Shown: positions 23,306 through 32,000 of the stretch, in pieces
Layout: each line of letters opens with the position of its first letter
Numbering within the stretch: position 1 is the first letter of the stretch
Assembly (NCBI RefSeq): GCF_000400465.1
Contig: NW_008806283.1
Location: 1-32,000 of the forward strand
Reading direction: 5' to 3'
DNA from: Wallemia ichthyophaga EXF-994
Lineage: Eukaryota > Fungi > Basidiomycota
DNA length: 32,000 bases
The notes under the pieces: model-generated
Database searches by the model: none
What the model saw: the letters and a program-made list of their open reading frames with translations, nothing else
Told to the model about the DNA's origin: nothing
Translations under genes and position numbers: made by a program

Positions 23306-24727
23306 CTATCTATACTGGGTATAAATGGCTATAATGAGTGCAAAGAGTGCGACGATTGCGATAAAGACACCACGGTTGAGGATACGTTCCAATGGCACCA
23401 ACTCCATAACCATGGTAGGTAGAAGGGTGTAACAAGCAGTGAGGAGGACGTGCAGGGCGCGGTAGGTGGTGAAGAGCAAGTTGTGCGTAGACTGCTTGTA
23501 TAGCACAACGATACTCTTAAACGCTACAGCGAAAAAGTGGTAGAAGAGGAGTAGTGGTTGGGGAGTGACAGCGCTGAGCAGTCCGACTGGCCCATTGACG
23601 CACTCACCGCCTTGCAAAAAGTACTCAAAGCAACCCTGACGCAAAACCTTCAAATTCTCGTTATCACCGCTAAATAAATCGTAAAGCGCCATACTGAGAG
23701 TGTTCACAGTACCAGCCGTTGAGCGTCTTTGTGAATCCCAGTTTCTGAGACACCTATGAACGTCTTCCCAATTCCTCAAATCAACACCACGTAGCTCGGT
23801 AGAGAGAGTGTGCACATCTGTCAATGCACACGTCATCCCACCGCCAGTTAAAGGGTGGCGTTGGTTGTGTGCGTCACCCATAAGGACAGTACCACGTCGT
23901 GTATGGCTGCGCTGGGCCGAGGGGCGCATGTAAGTGTTAGGCATAATGCGTAGGCGTTGATCAGGGTCAGCTAGAGCATTCAAGAGGGGTTGCTGGACGG
24001 ATTTGGGGAGATATGGGAGGATATGGGAATGGATGTGTGCTGGTAGCTTTGAAGTGGAGGGACGATCACCGCGGACATCCATCAGAATGCGCACGTCGTT
24101 CTCGCCTATCTGGTAGAGGAGAATGCATGCGTGATCGTCGCCGAGGATGACATTGCCGTGGTGGTGCATGGGGAGTTGACAGTCGTGGAGAATCAAACCG
24201 ACGAACCAGGAGCAGGTTCTTGGAGGATTAAGCTTCTTTAAAGCGGATTTGCGGAGGTTAGAGAAGCAGCCGTCAGCGATGAAAGTGAGCGGGGCAGTGA
24301 ATGATTGTGAATCTGAAGTGATAATACCGGTGACAACATCGTTATTGATGGAAAGCGATTTAACAGTGGCTTGTAGAGTTTGTACACCTTGCTGTGACTT
24401 TGAAATTCTTCTCAATTGCTGTATAAATCTGCCATGATGAAATGATCTTCCTTGGTGGGGAATTGGGTACGGGATTGGAACTTGGTGGTTGTTGTAAATG
24501 ACGCAGTAACCGAGTACTGGGATGCTATCAATACCCTCTAAAGCTTGTTTAAACCCGAGTTTATCTAAAGCTACAACGCCACCTGGCTGGAGTAATTCAC
24601 CAACAATTCTATCTGGCTCTGACCAATCACGTTCAACGAGCAAAACACTGTTACCCTCTCTAGCCAACGCAGCAGCTAGAGGAGGACCAGCGATACCAGC
24701 ACCAACGACGATTGCGTCGAATGACAT
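23306..24727 (-). CDS. ERG1: Squalene epoxidase (FAD monooxygenase), intronless
   Basis: VVGAGIAG FAD motif, EPDRIVGELLQPGG, IADGCFS, GDAHNQRHPLTGGGMT, GCFEYF, HFFAVA. The first ATG is 24727; the ORF-track start at 24748 is TTG. Confidence 0.95.
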   Translation of the reverse strand: MSFDAIVVGAGIAGPPLAAALAREGNSVLLVERDWSEPDRIVGELLQPGGVVALDKLGFKQALEGIDSIPVLGYCVIYNNHQVPIPYPIPHQGRSFHHGRFIQQLRRISKSQQGVQTLQATVKSLSINNDVVTGIITSDSQSFTAPLTFIADGCFSNLRKSALKKLNPPRTCSWFVGLILHDCQLPMHHHGNVILGDDHACILLYQIGENDVRILMDVRGDRPSTSKLPAHIHSHILPYLPKSVQQPLLNALADPDQRLRIMPNTYMRPSAQRSHTRRGTVLMGDAHNQRHPLTGGGMTCALTDVHTLSTELRGVDLRNWEDVHRCLRNWDSQRRSTAGTVNTLSMALYDLFSGDNENLKVLRQGCFEYFLQGGECVNGPVGLLSAVTPQPLLLFYHFFAVAFKSIVVLYKQSTHNLLFTTYRALHVLLTACYTLLPTMVMELVPLERILNRGVFIAIVALFALIIAIYTQYR

Positions 24728-24758
24728 ATGATGGTGGTTGAAGATCAACTACCACGGC

Positions 24759-25599
24759 ATGTGAGTTGTGTATTTAGATAACAAACCAAATTGATTAAAA
24801 AACTTCAAGGTCAGAAATTAAACTAGAATCTTTATTGGATTTATTAAGAAGATTACCTCCGCAGAAGATAGAAAGTAATTTGGGTGATTTGACAAAGTTA
24901 CTTAACGATGATTTGGATACACAGGATGAGTTTTTAGGTTGCGTGGATAAACCTTTAGAAGTACGCGTAGATAGCTCAAACAGACAATACCTCATTTGCG
25001 ATTACAACAGAGACGGTGACAGCTATAGGTCACCTTATACCAATCAATACCTTCCTCGCCTTACTGATGGCAGTCTCCCTTCCCCGCAACTCCGTCAACT
25101 CGAACAAGGATTGAATCAAGCTTTTGAGACATACAGAGACATGTACTTTGAAGGTGGCTTATCTTCTGTCTATCTTTGGGATTTGGATGGTTCTGCTAAC
25201 TTTGCAGGCGTTATTCTCATCAAGAAGGAGGTAGACGACGGCTGCTGGGATAGCGTACACGTTGTTCAAGTCAGTACACACGGTAGAGAATCCAATTACA
25301 AGTTGACTACGAGTGTTATATTGTCTTTAAGCGATGCTGATTCTAATCTTAGCGGCAGTCTCACCAGACAATGCGAAATTAACTCCTCGATCCCTTCAAG
25401 CTCATCGCATATCGCAAACATCGGCAAACTCGTTGAAGAGCATGAGAGGGGTATTAGAAATAGCTTGGCTGAGGTTTACTTGGGTAAAACAAAAGATATT
25501 CTTAACCTTTTGCGTATCTTTAATGGCAGAGGTGAGGAGAGTAGGAAGTTATCCCTACAACACGAGTTATTAGGCAGGTTGAAGAATAAATCTACTTGA
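24759..25599 (+). CDS. CAP2: F-actin capping protein beta subunit; intron 24761..24809 splits the start codon
   Basis: LDLLRRLPPQ, VDKPL, YLICDYNRDGDSYRSP, YFEGGLSSVYLWD, WDSVHV, NLSGSLTRQ, SHIANIGKLVE, EVYLGKTKDI. Spliced N-terminus MSEIKLESLLDLLRR matches the MSDQQLDCALDLMRR-type start in length. Confidence 0.94.
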
Positions 25600-25637
25600 T
25601 TTTAAAAATCCTATGTAAAAATCACATTCATTTCTCA

Positions 25638-25958
25638 TTATACACCCTGCTCATGCCTTTCTTTAGACATTCTATGGACATATGTTGTGGAAATGATGTT
25701 GACTAGGCAAGTTTAGCATATAAATCGCTTCAATGCACACCACTCACATGCCTCCATATACCTCTGCATACAGTTGTTTAAACAGCCTTCTTCACCACTG
25801 GATAACGCATTGGATGGCTTCAGTATACATTTACTGTAACATTGATTGTTCATATTATTTATCAATTGTTGAGCATTAGCTAAGGCGCTTGCTTGCTGTA
25901 TTTCATCCTTCATTTTATTCACATCTGGCTGCTTTTTTGAGGCACCGAAGAGCGACAT
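25638..25958 (-). CDS. TIM13: Small Tim chaperone Tim13 (twin CX3C); intron 25747..25703
   Basis: ALANAQQLIN, CYSKC, LSSGEEGCLNNCMQRYMEAFNIISTTY. Confidence 0.9.
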
Positions 25959-25986
25959 GGTGGTGTATGAATAAAGAAGTTTATCT

Positions 25987-26784
25987 TCACCAATTAACTC
26001 GATTTCCACTAAGCGTCTCACCTGGACTGTTTACTCTCTCTGGAGGCGTCTTTGGGAGCTTATTCACTCCCCATAATCCAGCACTGCCCGTTCTTTCCAT
26101 CAAGTTTATAGATTTTGGTTGAATTTTTGACCTCATTGAGGTATTCTTGTTGAGTTTATCGTTTGTTTCTTTGATAAGGTCTGAAATTAGTGTGTTGTAT
26201 GTTGTATTGTCGTTCTTTAAGCTGTCCAAGTGCTCGAGGTTGTAAGTGAGTTGTGCGTTGATTGAGTGTTCATGTGCTTGTAGATTATCACGCATCTTCA
26301 CCAGCACACCCACATTAACCAAGTTAAGTGTATTCAAGTCCACTCTATCTATCTCATCTGAAACACCTTCAATATCAATATCTGGATCTTTACCTAGTTG
26401 TGGCTGTGTCTCAATTGGTTTAATTGGTAAAATCTTCTCATTTGGGTTTATTGATAATTGTAATGGTGGCAACTTGTTCAAACCAATCTCATCCAAATTT
26501 AAAGGTTTCCCCAATGTTTGAAGGTATTGTCTACGCGTGAGCGAGTAAACGAATTCAAGTGGATTTGGTGGGTGGGTTGTGTGTAGCTGTGTATAAATAC
26601 TTCTTGCACTATTTGTTGTAAGAATCTGGCTATTAAAATCTACTTGTCTTTCTGGAATAACTTGTAACTCGGGTGATTGCAAATCCAACTCCAAATCAAC
26701 GTCAACTTGGTCTCCAAAATCTCCAAAATCATCTCCAAAGTCGTTTTCCTCAAAATCTTTAAATTCTTCGGAAGTCTGGCTCAT
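25987..26784 (-). CDS. Acidic FGxF-motif protein, probably Laa2/DUF5102-like AP-1 accessory factor, intronless
   Basis: N-terminal DFGDDFGDFGD, central SLTRRQYLQTLGKPLNLDEI..LPPL resembling the conserved fungal block SRIRRxxLxxLGxPVxLDE (recalled, not searched), and a coiled-coil-like C-terminus. Confidence 0.55.
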   Translation of the reverse strand: MSQTSEEFKDFEENDFGDDFGDFGDQVDVDLELDLQSPELQVIPERQVDFNSQILTTNSARSIYTQLHTTHPPNPLEFVYSLTRRQYLQTLGKPLNLDEIGLNKLPPLQLSINPNEKILPIKPIETQPQLGKDPDIDIEGVSDEIDRVDLNTLNLVNVGVLVKMRDNLQAHEHSINAQLTYNLEHLDSLKNDNTTYNTLISDLIKETNDKLNKNTSMRSKIQPKSINLMERTGSAGLWGVNKLPKTPPERVNSPGETLSGNRVNW

Positions 26785-26836
26785 TTTGGTGTAAATCGAC
26801 TCTTGAATCGTGACGGTGACTAGCTGGCTGACTGGC

Positions 26837-29800
26837 ATGTCAGAAATAACAAATCTAAATTCTTTAATAAAGGTGGATAGTGATGGCGGTGTTTTGTGTC
26901 CCAATTTAGACGATATACACGCTTTACTCCAATCAAGATTTCGCGTAGATCTCCCTTTCACGAAGCTAGGATCATCTACGCTGATATCTGTAAATCCCTT
27001 GAAGCAGCTTCAATCTTACAACGCTCAATCTCAAATTGAGTATAAGCAGAACACTTATCTCCCTAGCCACTCTATTCTTCAGCCACACGCCTATGATTTG
27101 GCTAGCAGGGTTTTACTATCCTTGAAGCGCAAAGGTGTCAGCCAGGCTGTTATTTATGAGTGGGTGGTAGTTTTTGGCTGTTGGTTGTTGCGTATTCTGA
27201 CTCCTCTTCAAGTGGTCTCGCTGGTTCTGGTAAATCATACAACAAATCGCTCATAACCAATCAACTTCTATTTCTATCCAATAACTCTTTAGGATCTAAT
27301 CAGCTGATTGAAAAGATTAATTCTCTCCACACTATCATCAGCTCGTTCGGTAATGCTAAGACTAGCCTCTCTTCAAATGCCACCAGGCATTCCCTTCTCC
27401 ACGAACTACAATTCTCTAAAGCTGCGAAACTTATTGGCTCTAAATCCCTCCTTTTCAACCTTGACAAATCTAGAATTGGTCATTTGGCTCCTGATGAGCG
27501 CTCGTTCCACGTCTTCTATCAGTTCCTCGCAGGTGCTCCACCCAACCTCCAAGAACTCTATGACTTACAAGATCCAAGCTCATACGCTATGTTAGCTTCC
27601 AGTGGCTGCTTCAAACTCCCCTTTGGCCCTTTCTCTGATGACCACGCTGGCTATAACGCTCTCTATGATGCTTTCATTACTCTGGGTTTCAGGCAAAAAC
27701 ATATAAACTCTATTTGGAGCGTGATTGTCGCTATTCTAACTCTTTCTAATATTGAATTCATCGATACTGAATCGAGAGACTCTTCTGCCACCGTTCTGTC
27801 AACCCATGAACTTCAACTTGTGGCCCATTTACTCGGCATTGAGCCAGATGAACTCGAGGTTTTACTCGTCAATAGAAGCTTCTATGTAAAGAAAGACATA
27901 AGTACCCACCTCCTTGACTCAGCCGGTGCTGTACGCCAACGCGATCACCTCATCCAAGATCTTTATGCTATTTTATTCACTTATATCATTGAATCTGGCA
28001 ATCACAAGCTCGTTAATGACAAAAGTGCCTTGCAGATTCTTCAATTAGATATTCCTGGTTTTAACAGCAAATCACCCACAAATTCAATCATGTCGAGACA
28101 TTCATACCCACTCATCAACTCACAAACGTGCAATTTCAACGATTTCACTATCAACTACTCTTCTGAACTCGTCAATGCTTATTTGATGAGAAGAGTGTTC
28201 GATGATAGCAATTCTTACAATGGTATCCAAATCAACGATGGTTTGCAATTTCTTGATAAGTACCATGATGCTACTACCAGCGACGCTCTCCATTTGTTAC
28301 GTGGCTCTCCCACTTTTCCCACTTCTCATCCTCCTCCAGGGAAGCCTTTGGGTGTCTTAGGGCTCCTCAACCAGTCAGGAAGGCAGATTATGAGTGGAGC
28401 GCTGCTTGAGAATAGAGCTGACGATGCATTTATCGCCTCATTAAACAATAACTTCCACTCTCATAAAGCATATGAATTCAATCCACCAGGATATGGCAAC
28501 CCACCCACTTCACAATTCACCATTAATCACTGGGGAGGAAGTGTTAGCTACGAGGTGCATGAGTTCATCCACCGCGATCAAGATAGGTTGGATCCGATGA
28601 TAGTATCAACTCTTCGCTCATCGAGTAATTCATTCATCAGCAAACTGTTTAGTGGTCCCTCCATTTCCATCAAGATGCATCCAGTTGACGAGGAGACAAT
28701 AGCAGACTCACAAATCTCCACTGCACCATTGAGGGAAGTGTCTTCAATAAGCCATCCCGTCGATGGAGGACTATCGCAATCAACTCAGCACCAACTCAGC
28801 AGCCACGACATACACCCCGTCTCCACCCAGCTCGATTCGACGTATGGCGGCATACTGAATGCCTTTGACAAATGTCAGATGTGGAGTGTTCTCTCACTCC
28901 GTCCGAACGACAGTGGCTCAGCGAATGCCATCGACAAGCGCAGACTGCGCTGGCAGCTGGAGCGATTGCGAGTGGGCGACATTGTTGAACGTAGGCGCTC
29001 CGACTACGTTTCTCACTACCCCTTCGAAACATTTTGCACACGCTATATTTCAGGCGAGGCGGTGGATGATCCAGACATCGCTAGAGTGGCTGCACAGACG
29101 TATCTCACTGAGAACGATTTCGGCGAAGGGCTCGATTATGCACTGGGCAATGAGTGCGTGTGGCTTAGTTACGCTGCGTGGAAGATACTCGAGGATGGAA
29201 TACGCGAAGGGGAGCATGACTACGACTATGAGGAGGAGGAAGAGGACGGGCGTGATAGCTTTGGCGAAGCGCCCAAGGAAATGGCAGTCGATCCTCACTC
29301 CCACTCCAACACGCGCGCTTCAACTAACTTTGTCCCGATGAATGCGGCCGTTACTCCAAACACACCTCAAACTCCGCACGATGCGGACGGCTACGCATAC
29401 CCCTTCCCCCAAAGCGGCTATGCGCCCGTCGACGAGCACACGCCGTCGTACGCGAAGCAGGAGTTCGCAGACGCCCAGACGCCCGGGCTGCAGTATGAGT
29501 GGGGAAGCGATAAAGGGGAGACTATGAGCGAAAAGAGCGACAAGTCTGGCGCAGATTCCTTCGTCGCACACCGTCAACACGACGTCCAGAAAGCGCCGCG
29601 CAGCCCTTCGAGACGCTTCTGGGTAAAGCTCGTCTGGGCGTTTACCTGGTTCGTCCCGTCGCTCCTCCTAACGCATGTGGGCAGGATGAAGCGTCCGGAT
29701 GTGCGTTTTGCATGGCGCGAGAAACTCACTCTGTGTATGCTCATCGCACTTTTTTGCGGCGCTGTCCTCTTCTATATTATCGGCTTCGGGAAGGTCCTCT

Positions 29801-32000
29801 GCCCTAATTATAACAAGGCGTGGAGTGATGGCCAGCTAGGATCGCATGCGTCAGACGATGACTTCTGGGTTGGTATCCAGGGTTCAGGTAGGTGCAGAAG
29901 GTACTAAGCTAAACTCGCTCAACTAACTCAAACCCTCCTCAGTCTACGATATCTCCGACTTCTGGAGGACTAAACACTCGGACATAGAGTCACGCCCTGT
30001 TACATCGGAACAGATGAAGCAGCTCGGCGGGCGCGACCTCACTGATTACTTCCCTCCACCACTCGAATGGGCTTGCGAGGGTCTGACGGATGGTGACATA
30101 CCCAACTACGATCCCGGAAGCAGACTACTTGCCGTCCCAACTGCCGACCATAGCTCAGGAACCGAGTACGAACTCAATGAAGACTCAGCACTCCAGTCGT
30201 CCACCTGGTACCCCGATAACTTCCTTCCCAAGATGAAACCCATGTACAAGGGTTTGTTTGTGATTCAGAAGGAGGACGTACAGGAGGACGGCTTTAAGCG
30301 TGACAAGCAGAAGGCTATGTATGACGGCGGGGTTTACGACCTAAGTGCATACCTCTCCACCGTCAAGTACTACTCTTCGACGAATGATGCTGTGCAATTC
30401 ATGGACGAGAGCGTCACCGATCTTTTCAAGGAGAAAGCGGGGCAGGATATTACGAAGGAGCTCAACGAGGTGTTGGACGGCATGGACAACACGCGCGCCG
30501 ATCAGCACAAACAGTGTCTTAAGCGCAGGTACTATCTCGGCGACGTTGATTTCAGAGACACGCCCAGATGTCAGGCGCAGAACTACATCCTGCTCTCCTT
30601 CACCGTATTTCTCTGTTGCATTCTCCTTGTCAAGTTCCTAGCGGCGCTCCAGCTCGGCAGCAAGCGCAAACCGGAGCCACAGGACAAATTTGTTATATGT
30701 CAGGTGCGTGTGGTTTGTGCGTTATGCACCGTGCATTTTGCTAACATATACATAGGTTCCCGCTTACACTGAAGGTGAGGATTCGCTGAAGAAGACGATC
30801 GACAGCTTGGCCGGGTTGGAGTATGACGACAAGCGCAAACTCATCCTCGTAGTGTGTGACGGCAACATTATTGGTGGTGGGAACGACAGAACAACACCGC
30901 GCATAGTTCTCGATATATTCGGTGTCGATCCTGAAATCGACCCTGAGCCACTGATGCTTAAGTCTCTCGGCGAGGGCGGCAAGCAGATGAATTACGGCAA
31001 GGTGTATTCGGGGTTATATGAGTACGAGGGGCATGTTGTACCCTTTATGGTGGTTGTCAAGGTCGGTAAGCCTACCGAGCGGTCCAGACCAGGCAACAGA
31101 GGGAAGCGTGATTCACAGATTCTCGTGATGCGCTATCTTAACAGGGTGCACTTCAGCGCACCTATGTATCCACTCGAGCTGGAGATGATGCACCAAATGA
31201 AAAACGTCATCGGGATCGATCCGAGCTTCTACGAATACATACTCATGGTGGACGCAGATACATCCGTCACGCCAGAATCGGTCAATCGACTGGTTGCACG
31301 ATGCGTTGACGACAGCGCGATTATCGGGATTTGCGGTGAGACGAGGTTGGACAACGAGGAGCAAAGTTGGTGGACTATGATACAGGTGTATGAGTACTTT
31401 ATTTCCCACCATCTAGCCAAGGCGTTCGAAAGTCTGTTCAGTACTGTCACATGTCTTCCAGGGTGTTTCTCTATGTATCGCATTCGCACTGACGATAAAG
31501 GAAAGCCGCTGATCATCTCGACGCGTGTGATAGAGGACTATGCGGAGAACAACGTGGATACCTTGCACAAAAAGAATTTGCTCTCACTCGGTGAAGATCG
31601 TTACTTGACTACTATCATGCTCAAGTATTTCTCTGCATTCAAGATGAAATTCACCCAGGACGCTATTGCTCACACTGCAGCACCTGAGTCTTGGTCTATC
31701 CTTATGTCACAGAGACGTCGGTGGATCAACTCGACAGTACATAACTTTACTGAACTCATTAACCTTCCTGATATTTGCGGGTTCCTTTGCTTCAGTATGC
31801 GCTTTATCGTCATCATTGATCTTATCTCGACCATTCTATTGCCGGCAACCGTCGTTTATCTCGTCTACCTGATCACGATTGTCGCTTTGGGTCAAGGACC
31901 GTTCCCCATTATCACGATAATCATGTTAGCTGTGAGTGAATAGTTGGAGGTGATGATGGCATTACCTTCTCACTTTAACACCTGATCAACTTCTAACACT
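26837..32000 (+). CDS. Class V chitin synthase with myosin-motor-like and cytochrome b5-like domains, 3' end outside window; introns 27160..27212, 29888..29942, 30704..30755 and one starting at 31932
   Basis: SVNP, P-loop [28 protein letters not shown] (motor); [17 protein letters not shown] (b5-like); [45 protein letters not shown] (GT2 chitin synthase). Confidence 0.95.

Noticed and set aside
23301-23312. (TCTA)3 at the ERG1 end giving TAG in all three minus frames
   Set aside because: Too short to exceed chance, and one unit is within coding sequence.
23500-23720. Possible terbinafine-resistance substitutions in Erg1
   Set aside because: The relevant residues appear intact (ALYDLF, GCFEYF, YHFF).
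1-32000. CRISPR arrays, rRNA, snRNA, telomeric repeats, intact transposons
   Set aside because: No repeat-spacer structure, conserved RNA motifs, transposase/RT ORF or terminal repeats were seen; small ncRNAs in introns or gaps cannot be excluded without a covariance-model scan.

Overview
Very gene-dense eukaryotic (fungal, basidiomycete-like) DNA. The compaction and the uniformly tiny introns (28 complete introns traced by hand, all 44-57 nt) suggest a Wallemia-type genome, but the species is inference only. I can build 18 spliced protein-coding gene models: MFS sugar porter (5' truncated), Gpp/Dog-type HAD phosphatase, Akr1 palmitoyltransferase, Pho89/PiT phosphate symporter, Ssk2 MAPKKK, PPIL4/Rct1 cyclophilin-RRM, NDUFA8, Enp1/bystin, Coq4, CDK11, Afg1-like ATPase, Rex4, Srp40, Erg1, capping protein beta, Tim13, a Laa2-like FGxF protein, and a myosin-motor class V chitin synthase (3' truncated). 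I found no rRNA, tRNA, CRISPR array or intact mobile element, and no clearly new gene system; the genes are mostly housekeeping. The unusual signal is architectural. All six short head-to-head pairs (31-106 bp between ATGs) sit in the same reading-frame phase. One start codon is split by an intron (AT|G). Two tandem pairs are only 28 and 43 bp apart (dicistron candidates, one with an in-frame uORF). Multi-kb GC waves cut through genes. Akr1 has lost most zinc ligands of its DHHC domain. The phosphate transporter promoter has three Pho4-type boxes. Two gaps remain unexplained. All splice models and counts are by hand.
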